A DNA stretch of 64,000 nt from a virus, in the IMG/VR virus record IMGVR_UViG_3300045999_009829. One strand, written 5' to 3'. Shown in pieces: positions 36,704 to 44,771 of this stretch; position 1 is the stretch's first letter; every line of letters begins with the position of its first letter. The notes below the pieces were generated by a model. It searched no databases. It was not told the DNA's origin and saw only the letters and a list, made by a program, of their open reading frames with translations. Both the position numbers and the translations under genes were made by a program.

Positions 36704-37546
36704 TTACCTGCTGGTCAATAGCTCCGGATAGAAGGTCTCATAGAACCACCTGCAGTTGTGCAGGACCGAAGCGGAATCCTGTTCCGACATGTACTTAGGC
36801 CATGACGGACCGTGAGACTCGAGCCGCGGCTTGGTAACGTGACTGACAAGCGCCCTATAGACCGTGTCGTGCTCGTAGTACTCAGACTGCTTGATGTTGT
36901 TCATGTCGTGCTCATAGTTGTCCATGCCTAGCCACTGGTACATGGACCTAAGTGACCTGACTGGCTCCTTGCTGAAGTCTTCCCAACGAGCAATGAAGAA
37001 GTTGTTGGGCCTCTTCTGCATCCACTCGAACACGTGCCTGAGAAACATGAGAGGTCTACCCATGTTTCCGCCAACGTCGGTGCAGTAAAGCTCTACTCGC
37101 TTTGACACGGGTAGCATGTGGAAGGGATCATCTCTGGATCCCATATGTATGTGCGTGTTCTTGAACAGTAGCTTTTCGAACGACGCTATGATGTCTCTGA
37201 GGTCCCTGAGGCATACTATGAACTTGGGATCATCGTAGATCGTGAACAGGGTATTGATGTGTGTATCCCAAGTCCTAGACTTGCTGATGACCACGGGCTT
37301 GTCAGTCAGCGTGGAGAACCAGCCGTCAATGCCGCCGCGGATGAAGCCCTTGACCGCTTCAGCGGCGGTGTCCTGCGGCATGGCTATGAACTCTGACACC
37401 GACGTCGACTGAGCTTTGACGGCTTCGGTCACATAGGGTAGTGGACATGTTCCGGTGGTGTAAATCTTTGGGTTCTGCTGAAGGATATTCATCAGAACCG
37501 TAGATCCAGAACGAGGTAGTCCGATGCAGAAGTTCACTGCTTTCAT
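36704..37546 (-). CDS. sulfotransferase family protein
   Basis: GLPRSGSTVLMNILQQNP (PAPS-binding loop), KSR.W, LRDLRDIIASF, RWEDF. Confidence 0.85.
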   Translation of the reverse strand: MKAVNFCIGLPRSGSTVLMNILQQNPKIYTTGTCPLPYVTEAVKAQSTSVSEFIAMPQDTAAEAVKGFIRGGIDGWFSTLTDKPVVISKSRTWDTHINTLFTIYDDPKFIVCLRDLRDIIASFEKLLFKNTHIHMGSRDDPFHMLPVSKRVELYCTDVGGNMGRPLMFLRHVFEWMQKRPNNFFIARWEDFSKEPVRSLRSMYQWLGMDNYEHDMNNIKQSEYYEHDTVYRALVSHVTKPRLESHGPSWPKYMSEQDSASVLHNCRWFYETFYPELLTSR

Positions 37547-37578
37547 GATATGGTGCACACCCTTTCAAGTTTTAATTA

Positions 37579-38715
37579 TTAAGCAAATTTGCGAGCCAAA
37601 AATGAGCGTCCATCAACTGCAAATTCGGTCCACTGAGTTCCAGGTACCTGAACCGGCGAAGATCTATTTATTCTAGATATGTCTACATTGCCAAAATAAT
37701 TATCTCCCCAAGCCCATAAAGTTCCATCCGTCTTAAGTGCACCGCTTGACCTATATCCCCCTGAAATTCCTGACCACTGGTTACCAGGCACCTGAGTAGG
37801 AGCGCATACACTAATGGTAGTGTTATGACCGAGACGGCCGTCATCATTAAGGCCCCAAGACCACAGTGTTCCATCTGATTTACGAGCTAGACTAAATCTT
37901 GCACCAGCCGAGATGTCGGTCCATTGTGTGCCTGATATCTGTACGGGCGAAGATCTGTCAGTGGTATAACTGTTACCTAACTGCCCAGCAATGTTAAAGC
38001 CCCATGTCCACAGGGTCCCATCTGATTTACGCGCCATTGCATGGCCATCGACCTTATCACCAGAATAGTCGACCCACTGAGTACCCGGTATTTGAATTGG
38101 TGATGATCTTGCTATGACATTTCCTTGACCCAACTGTCCCCGCGTGTTATCACCCCAAACCCACAAGGTATTATCGCTTTTAAAAGCTGCAAAACCACCG
38201 GCGCTTCCGCGAAAAATCCTAGACCACTGAGTACCCGGTACTTGTACGGGAGACGATCTGTTTTCAGTATTGTTGATGCCCAACCGACCTGATGAGCCAG
38301 AACCCCATGTCCACAGGGTTCCATCTGATTTACGAGCTGCATTACTATTAACTGTACTAGAGATCTCAGCCCACTGAGTACCCGGTATTTGAATTGGTGA
38401 TGATCTTTGAACTACTGTATTATCGCCGATCTGACCAAAGGCACCACACCCCCAAATCCACAGTGTATTATCGGATTTACGAGCTGCACGTGCACTTCCT
38501 TTACCTTGGATTGCAGTCCACTGAGTACCAGGTATCTGTGTCGGGGATGATCTGTCATTTGTAATGCCAACACCTAATGCACCGGCGTAATTACAGCCCC
38601 AGGACCACAATTCCGTTACGTTACTATTGGAGCTACTATAAATTACCTGCCCATCAACTACCAGCTGATAGAGCTTGTTCAGCGTGAATACGTTTGTCTC
38701 TACGGTACCTGACAT
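37579..38715 (-). CDS. RCC1-repeat (7-bladed beta-propeller) protein 1
   Basis: Seven ARKSDGTLWxWG.N..GQLG.....RSSPxQxPGTQW repeats. Confidence 0.92.
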   Translation of the reverse strand: MSGTVETNVFTLNKLYQLVVDGQVIYSSSNSNVTELWSWGCNYAGALGVGITNDRSSPTQIPGTQWTAIQGKGSARAARKSDNTLWIWGCGAFGQIGDNTVVQRSSPIQIPGTQWAEISSTVNSNAARKSDGTLWTWGSGSSGRLGINNTENRSSPVQVPGTQWSRIFRGSAGGFAAFKSDNTLWVWGDNTRGQLGQGNVIARSSPIQIPGTQWVDYSGDKVDGHAMARKSDGTLWTWGFNIAGQLGNSYTTDRSSPVQISGTQWTDISAGARFSLARKSDGTLWSWGLNDDGRLGHNTTISVCAPTQVPGNQWSGISGGYRSSGALKTDGTLWAWGDNYFGNVDISRINRSSPVQVPGTQWTEFAVDGRSFLARKFA

Positions 38716-39893
38716 GTCCCTGAGTCCATCCTACTTCTGATCTCTTCTGACACGTCACCCCAGGATCCGTCTACTCTCTGCCGCAGCTCTAGGACGTTCG
38801 AACCGTACCAGGGCTTTCCCTCCCACACGAAGTAAGGAACCAGCGGAGTCAGTACGGCCAATCCCTTGCCCATCCCAGCGGCTAGGTGCGCCACCGACGT
38901 GCAGCTAGATACGACTAGATCCATCTCTCTCATAATGCAGTATGTGTCCAACCAGCTATTTATCCGATTGCCGATCCACGTGGATCCTCTGACCGCATGG
39001 CTCTCTATCTGGAAGTCGTAGAGGTCACCGACGCTAGCTAGTGACTCGAAGTTCTCCACCGGAACCTGCCTAAACTGCTCGTGCTCGAACTCTGGGTTGC
39101 CCGCCCACTTCACGCCGATCTTGAATCCAGGCTTGAACTTCAGCGTGGGATCCTCGACGTTGACTTGTATATAGTCAGGCCTGTCCACTTCCTCAAATGG
39201 ATCATCGAGTCTGAGCAGAGACGGGATCGCCATGGACGGAACCACGCAGTCGAACTGGTTAGGATCAAAGTTCTTTTCAGCTGACGCTAGGTGACCCATG
39301 CCACGGATCAAGTCTACCATCGACTTGGGGCAGTATACCACCAGAGAGTCAGACTCGCGCTCGAGCAGCGGAAGCCATCTGGCAAAGATCAGGCAGTCGC
39401 CGTGACCTCCCTCCATGTAGACCGCAGTCCTGTCTCTCTTGGTCGGAGCTCTGATCTTCCTTGGATCCACCCTGGCGTCTCTGTGGATGCTTCCGAACAC
39501 GTTGATCTCTCGACCGGTGTTCATCAGATCAAAGCCCTCCAGGAACTTGCCCTGTCTGACCAGGTGCCAGCCCAGGTTGAACTTGACTGCGGGAATGTCC
39601 TGCGGGAGTGACTGGAGGATCTGAAACGACTCGTCGTGCTTTCCCTGCCAGTTCAGGTACAGTGACAGGTCTATCTGAGCCATAGGATCGTCGGATCCGT
39701 AGTCGAGGTTTCTGATGAGCCCTTCGGCAAGGTCAGGTCGACGCAGCTGATAGAAGCACTTAGCCATGTTGAGCTTGAGCGCCCGCCTGACGGTGCTGTC
39801 TCTCTCGTGTACGTGCACGGCCGCCATGAACTCAAGTGAAGCTAGGTATTCTCTCTTGTCAAACAGCTCCTTTGCCTGGTCAAACGCTACCAT
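38700..39893 (-). CDS. TPR-domain plus GT9-like glycosyltransferase
   Basis: N-terminal helical repeats; EGGHGDCLIFARW, IGVKWAGNP, MDLVVSSCTSVAHLAAGMGK, PWY, RQ...GSW. Confidence 0.8.
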   Translation of the reverse strand: MVAFDQAKELFDKREYLASLEFMAAVHVHERDSTVRRALKLNMAKCFYQLRRPDLAEGLIRNLDYGSDDPMAQIDLSLYLNWQGKHDESFQILQSLPQDIPAVKFNLGWHLVRQGKFLEGFDLMNTGREINVFGSIHRDARVDPRKIRAPTKRDRTAVYMEGGHGDCLIFARWLPLLERESDSLVVYCPKSMVDLIRGMGHLASAEKNFDPNQFDCVVPSMAIPSLLRLDDPFEEVDRPDYIQVNVEDPTLKFKPGFKIGVKWAGNPEFEHEQFRQVPVENFESLASVGDLYDFQIESHAVRGSTWIGNRINSWLDTYCIMREMDLVVSSCTSVAHLAAGMGKGLAVLTPLVPYFVWEGKPWYGSNVLELRQRVDGSWGDVSEEIRSRMDSGTCQVP

Positions 39894-40470
39894 AGTTCAG
39901 ACCATCCTGCTGAGGGGACGTCTTTGTCCATGCCACTAGAGAGTACTTCGTGCCTCTGGTGACAGGCGTTGACCTGTGGATGTGCTGCAGACCACTGGGC
40001 CACACCAGCATGGATCCGACTGGTGACTTCTTGTTGGTAAAGCCGTACCTCGGAAACTCTAGCTCTCCGCCGTCGTGCTCGTCATTCAGCTTCACGGTGC
40101 CTGTCACCATAGAGTCATCCCAGTGCACCGGCAACTCCCTCTGCGTAGTCGGCGTGTACTTGATGATGAACGGCACCTTCCAGCCGCTGAACCACATGCT
40201 AGACGGCATCTTGTAGAAGTCCTCTAGTACCGGCTGAACGGTCTGCTTCCAGTGCATGCAGAATGACCTGTAGAGCTCCGGACTGATCTTGTCGATCCTG
40301 AGCTCCTGACCCGGGACTGGATCGTTGGGTCTGCTCTCGTACTGGTTGATGGAGTCAGCGGCTTCGGTCAGGATCCTGCAGAACTCTGGCTTCCAGAACT
40401 CTATCTGCAGGATGTCGGTCGCTACTTGCTCTACTTTAGGATTGAACACGACGTAGTCGGTGTAGCTCAT
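39880..40470 (-). CDS. 2OG-Fe(II) oxygenase resembling the lysyl-hydroxylase (PLOD) catalytic domain
   Basis: FIIKYTPTTQRELPVHWDDS.VTGTVKLND...GGELEFPR...WPSGLQHIH.STPVTRGTKYSLV. Confidence 0.8.
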   Translation of the reverse strand: MSYTDYVVFNPKVEQVATDILQIEFWKPEFCRILTEAADSINQYESRPNDPVPGQELRIDKISPELYRSFCMHWKQTVQPVLEDFYKMPSSMWFSGWKVPFIIKYTPTTQRELPVHWDDSMVTGTVKLNDEHDGGELEFPRYGFTNKKSPVGSMLVWPSGLQHIHRSTPVTRGTKYSLVAWTKTSPQQDGLNYGSV

Positions 40471-40485
40471 GGTATAGGATATCCT

Positions 40486-41064
40486 TCACTTCTTCGTGTC
40501 GGCTGACATACCTATATATGGCCTTCCATCAAAGAGCCTGTCTCCGTACTGACCGCCTTCTTCCACAAAGTGCATAAACGCTTGGTACTGAGTCCTACCT
40601 AAGAACTCGTCACGCCAGTGATGGAGCTTCGTGCCCTTGTAGATCACCGCGTCGCCAGGATGGAGAGCCGCCATCTGAGGCACCTTCTTCTCTGGATCCA
40701 TGAGCCATATGGGCCAGAGCTCGTCGTAGTCTCCGCCGAAGCTTATGGTCATCGAGTGCTCGCATTCTGGCCTATCCACGTGGGGAAGCAACTCAGCGCC
40801 TCTCTCGTAGATCCTGGCGTAGGTGTATGTCGGTAGCAGTGGTCGACCGGTCGCTCTAGCTAGCATCGGAGCTGACATAAGCATGAACGTGTCGAGCGCT
40901 GGGTCTCCATACACGCAGTGACTCTTCCCGACCTGCGGATCGCCGTCTGTCATCTTACCCGCTATGCGCAGGGTGTTCATGTGCTCGCGAAAGAAGGCGG
41001 CCATAAAGTCAGGGATGAAGTTCCTGATGATCACGAAGCCCTCTTGCTCATACTCAGCGCTCAT
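40486..41064 (-). CDS. 2OG-Fe(II) oxygenase (phage type)
   Basis: LLPTYTYARIY..GAELLPHVDRPECEHS, PGDAVIYKG..LHHWR. Confidence 0.85.
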   Translation of the reverse strand: MSAEYEQEGFVIIRNFIPDFMAAFFREHMNTLRIAGKMTDGDPQVGKSHCVYGDPALDTFMLMSAPMLARATGRPLLPTYTYARIYERGAELLPHVDRPECEHSMTISFGGDYDELWPIWLMDPEKKVPQMAALHPGDAVIYKGTKLHHWRDEFLGRTQYQAFMHFVEEGGQYGDRLFDGRPYIGMSADTKK

Positions 41065-41620
41065 ACACTCTCCTGTCTGTTTCAATCCATGTCACTAGGC
41101 ACTTGCGGACACCTCGAGTAACCGGCGTCACTGCATGCTCGAACTCTGCATAGGACGGGAATATGATCATGTCTCCCGCCTTGGGGTTGAACGTGATCCC
41201 GAGCCTGCAGAAGTCTAGCTTGCCGCCCTCGTAGTCGTCGTTCAGATACCAGATCATAGTCCAGTCTCTGGGGACTACCCTGGTCAGCTTGTTGTTGACA
41301 AAGTCTTCCGAGTCATTGTGTGGGTCGTACTTGCCGCCAGGTCCATACGATAGCAGTTGAGGCTCCTCTACGGACTTAAGTGTAGTCCGGTGCTTTGGTG
41401 CAAGCAGAGTCTCGTGGATATGCTTTGCAGTCGACTCTATATCTATGAGTGTCTGCGGCGGGATCTTGTGTCGACCCGTGTTCCTATACTCTGCGTTGAC
41501 TGACTCGGTGGATCCGTGACCTGTTGAGGTCGGATAAGCCACCGAGTCAGTCAGAGCAAGCAGGTGCGTTACAATGTGTTGCGGGATAAAGTCTCGCTTT
41601 ATAGTCACATATTCAAGCAT
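41054..41620 (-). CDS. prolyl-4-hydroxylase-like 2OG-Fe(II) oxygenase
   Basis: YGPGGKYDPHND, YLNDDYEGGKL, IFPS...HAVTPVTRGVR. Confidence 0.88.
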   Translation of the reverse strand: MLEYVTIKRDFIPQHIVTHLLALTDSVAYPTSTGHGSTESVNAEYRNTGRHKIPPQTLIDIESTAKHIHETLLAPKHRTTLKSVEEPQLLSYGPGGKYDPHNDSEDFVNNKLTRVVPRDWTMIWYLNDDYEGGKLDFCRLGITFNPKAGDMIIFPSYAEFEHAVTPVTRGVRKCLVTWIETDRRVYER

Positions 41621-41694
41621 GATGTAAGACCTTAAGTGTTTTAGTTACTTATTGGGAATGAGCTTAAGGTATCTCATCTTACTTGTTTCCTACG

Positions 41695-42867
41695 TTAAAC
41701 TGACTTGCGGGCCAGGGCATTTTGAACACCAGCTGATATATCAAGCCATTGGGTACCTGGTACCTGTACCGGTGAGGACCTAGTGATTCCGGTGTTGTCA
41801 CCGAGTTCTGCAAATCTATTTCTACCCCAAGACCATAAGGTCCCATCCGATTTACGCGCTAGGGTAAAAGGATCTAGTCCGACCCCACCAGCAGACACCT
41901 CAATCCAGGATGTACCTGGTATTTGTGTCGGTGATGATCTTAGGACTCTATCATTTAAACCAAGTTCTCCATTAAAGTTTCTACCCCAGACCCATAAGGT
42001 GTTATCGGACTTGCGAGCTACAGAAACATAGTTTTTTGTCGACACCTCAACCCATGAGGTACCTGGTACTTGTACCGGAGAGGACCTATCGACTCTATCA
42101 TTTAAACCAAGTTGCCCATTACCATTATATCCCCAGGACCATAGAGTCCCATCTGACTTGCGAGCTAAGACGGGACCGGTTCCCGCACCACCAGCAGGAG
42201 ACATTTCCACCCATGAGGTACCTGGTATTTGTGTCGGTGATGATCTTTGGACTCTATCATTTAAACCAAGCTGCCCGAGAACATTATACCCCCAAGACCA
42301 TAGAGTTCCATCTGTCTTTCTAGCTAGTGAGACTATACCCGAGGTCGCAATATCAGACCATGAGGTACCCGGTATTTGTGTCGGTGAGGACCTACTGTCC
42401 GCCGGATAGGCAGCTGAGGTATTAAGTCCAAGACGACCATTACCATTATACCCCCATGACCACAGAGTCCCATCTGACTTGCGAGCTAGGGAAAGGGACA
42501 TGCCAGCTGCTACCTCGACCCATGAGGTACCTGGTACCTGTATCGGAGAGGATCTATTGACCAACGTATTGTCACCGAGGATGCCAAATTGGTTATATCC
42601 CCATGACCACAGAGTCCTATCTGATTTTCTGGCTAGGGAATGGTTACCACCAGCTGAAATTTCCATCCATGAGATACCGGGTACTTGTATCGGAGAGGAC
42701 ACTTTGCCTGTAGTGTTGTTACCGAGTTGCCCACCATAACCTGTACCCCAAGCCCATAGTGAACCTGGATCATTTGCCGGACTGTAGCACACCCACTTGT
42801 TGGCGCTGATCTTCAGGTAGACCTCGTCGAGGCTCCATACCCCGCAGTCGGCATTAGTTACAGGCAC
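41695..42867 (-). CDS. RCC1-repeat protein 2
   Basis: Seven LARKSDGTLWSWGYN..GQLGLN....RSSPxQxPGTSW repeats. Confidence 0.92.
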   Translation of the reverse strand: MPVTNADCGVWSLDEVYLKISANKWVCYSPANDPGSLWAWGTGYGGQLGNNTTGKVSSPIQVPGISWMEISAGGNHSLARKSDRTLWSWGYNQFGILGDNTLVNRSSPIQVPGTSWVEVAAGMSLSLARKSDGTLWSWGYNGNGRLGLNTSAAYPADSRSSPTQIPGTSWSDIATSGIVSLARKTDGTLWSWGYNVLGQLGLNDRVQRSSPTQIPGTSWVEMSPAGGAGTGPVLARKSDGTLWSWGYNGNGQLGLNDRVDRSSPVQVPGTSWVEVSTKNYVSVARKSDNTLWVWGRNFNGELGLNDRVLRSSPTQIPGTSWIEVSAGGVGLDPFTLARKSDGTLWSWGRNRFAELGDNTGITRSSPVQVPGTQWLDISAGVQNALARKSV

Positions 42868-42868
42868 A

Positions 42869-43591
42869 TCAGCCCCCTTCGATCACCTGGTATCTAGCCC
42901 CGAGTTCCGGACCGTAGTGCCTGACTTGGAGAGGAACTTCTTTGTCGACCATCTGTCCGTTCTCGAACACCTGTTCGGTCCTCGTTCCGATGGTCTCAAG
43001 CTTGAAGAACTCCTGCCAGGATCCCCATGGATCTGCGGCGTCGAATTGAAAGCCGTTGATCCTGTCGAGCTGCTTGCCCCTGAGTCCGGCGATGATGGCT
43101 TCCTTTGTCCTGAAGCTCTCGTGGTTGGCTACGATCCTCTCGGCCAGGACCTGCACGGTGACGCCGCGAACTGAAGCCTCCGTCTCGAGGACTGGCTTTA
43201 CTCCTGGATCGCCGGCAAGGTATGCCTTGGCCTGCTCGTACTTGTAGATGCCGGCGATGGATGCCGTGTCGTCGTACTTGCCCTGCAGGTAGACTCTTCG
43301 GAGTCCACGCTCTTCCTCGAACAGCTGCTCCCTGGCTCTGTCGACCTCTCTGTCAAGATTGGCCTTGACCGCGTCGGCAAACTCCTGCGGCGTGAGCTCC
43401 CAGCACTGATTCTCTGGGTTGGGCTCTGCATCCTCTGACACGGTACCATACCAGAAGCACGAGTTGATGCCGTCCTGCATTAGGATCTGCAGGCCGTCAA
43501 GGTCCGGATTCTTGGGTCCCTCCTTGGAGGTCTCCCTGTTGACTGAGATCCCAGTGATCGAGTCGACCTGAGTGAACTTGAAGTATCTCAT
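42869..43591 (-). CDS. putative fibre assembly chaperone
   Basis: KYEQAKAYL...LETEASVRGVTVQVLAERIV pattern resembles tail-fibre assembly proteins; lies between two RCC1 genes. Confidence 0.5.
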   Translation of the reverse strand: MRYFKFTQVDSITGISVNRETSKEGPKNPDLDGLQILMQDGINSCFWYGTVSEDAEPNPENQCWELTPQEFADAVKANLDREVDRAREQLFEEERGLRRVYLQGKYDDTASIAGIYKYEQAKAYLAGDPGVKPVLETEASVRGVTVQVLAERIVANHESFRTKEAIIAGLRGKQLDRINGFQFDAADPWGSWQEFFKLETIGTRTEQVFENGQMVDKEVPLQVRHYGPELGARYQVIEGG

Positions 43592-43625
43592 TTGTACTGT
43601 GTCTCCATAGAGATCTTACTAATTA

Positions 43626-44771
43626 TTAGACAGCCTTCCGGGCTGCGGTGTGACTACCTGTAGCACCGACAGAGACTTCGGTCCACTGGGTACCTGGTAT
43701 CTGAATCGGTGATGATCTTTGGATGGCTGTATTATCACCTAGTCGACCAGACCCATTGCATCCCCATGTCCACAGGGTCCCGTCGGACTTCCGAGCTGCG
43801 GTGTGACAACCGCCACTAGAGACTTCGGTCCACTGGGTCCCTGGCACCTGAATTGGGGATGACCTTGAAAGGATGTTGCTGTTGTCACCTAGTTGACCAA
43901 ACCCATTGCATCCCCATGTCCACAGGGTCCCATCTGACTTCCGGGCAGCGGTGTGATAACCACCACTAGAGACTTCGGTCCACTGGGTCCCTGGCACCTG
44001 AATTGGAGATGACCTATTAATACTTGTATTGTCACCTAATCGGCCCCAATTATTAAAACCCCATGCCCACAGGGTCCCATCTGACTTCCGGGCTGCGGTG
44101 TGACAAAGACCACCCGAGACTTCGGTCCACTGAGTACCGGGTATTTGAACTGGTGATGACCTTGAAATGACTGTCCCATCACCCAGCTCAGCGGATCCAT
44201 TTAATCCCCATGCCCACAGGGTCCCATCTGACTTCCGGGCTACGGTGTGACGACCACCACTAGAGACTTCGGTCCACTGGGTCCCTGGCACCTGAATAGG
44301 TGATGACCTTGAAATGGCTGTACTGTCGCCTAGTCGACCAGCAACGTTGTCACCCCATGTCCACAGGGTCCCGTCGGACTTCCGGGCTGCGGTGTGACAA
44401 CCACCACTGGAGACTTCGGTCCACTGGGTCCCTGACACCTGAATTGGAGATGATCTGCTTACAAGGCCGATCAGATCTACACCGAGCTCACCGCTGCCGC
44501 TGCTACCCCATGTCCACAGAGTCCCATCTGACTTCCGGGCTGCGGTGTGATAACCGCCACTAGAGACTTCGGTCCATTGGGTCCCTGGCACCTGCACTGG
44601 TGATGACCTATTAACACTTGTATTGTCGCCTAGTCGGCCGAACGCGTTTAAACCCCATGTCCACAGGGTTCCCGGATCATTGTCTCGATTATAAATCACC
44701 CACCCGTTGTTCAGAATGGCGTCTCTTACATCCTGTAGTCTAAACGGCGCCTTAGTAGTGCTACCGCTCAT
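43626..44771 (-). CDS. RCC1-repeat protein 3
   Basis: Seven near-identical PGTQWTEVSSGGxHTAARKSDGTLWTWG repeats. Confidence 0.93.
   Translation of the reverse strand: MSGSTTKAPFRLQDVRDAILNNGWVIYNRDNDPGTLWTWGLNAFGRLGDNTSVNRSSPVQVPGTQWTEVSSGGYHTAARKSDGTLWTWGSSGSGELGVDLIGLVSRSSPIQVSGTQWTEVSSGGCHTAARKSDGTLWTWGDNVAGRLGDSTAISRSSPIQVPGTQWTEVSSGGRHTVARKSDGTLWAWGLNGSAELGDGTVISRSSPVQIPGTQWTEVSGGLCHTAARKSDGTLWAWGFNNWGRLGDNTSINRSSPIQVPGTQWTEVSSGGYHTAARKSDGTLWTWGCNGFGQLGDNSNILSRSSPIQVPGTQWTEVSSGGCHTAARKSDGTLWTWGCNGSGRLGDNTAIQRSSPIQIPGTQWTEVSVGATGSHTAARKAV
43640..44670 (-). repeat. about 150-bp tandem coding repeats with near-identical constant blocks
   Basis: gagacttcggtccactgggtccctggcacctgaa and ccccatgtccacagggtcccatctgacttccgggctgcggtgtga recur with few changes. 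Confidence 0.9.

Noticed and set aside
43640-44670. CRISPR-like array (constant blocks alternating with variable blocks)
   Set aside because: The period is about 150 bp and in frame, it encodes RCC1 blades, the variable parts are homologous to each other, and no cas genes are present.
37579-44771. Diversity-generating retroelement behind the RCC1 variation
   Set aside because: There is no reverse transcriptase or non-coding template repeat in the window, and the differences include indels and are not confined to adenines.
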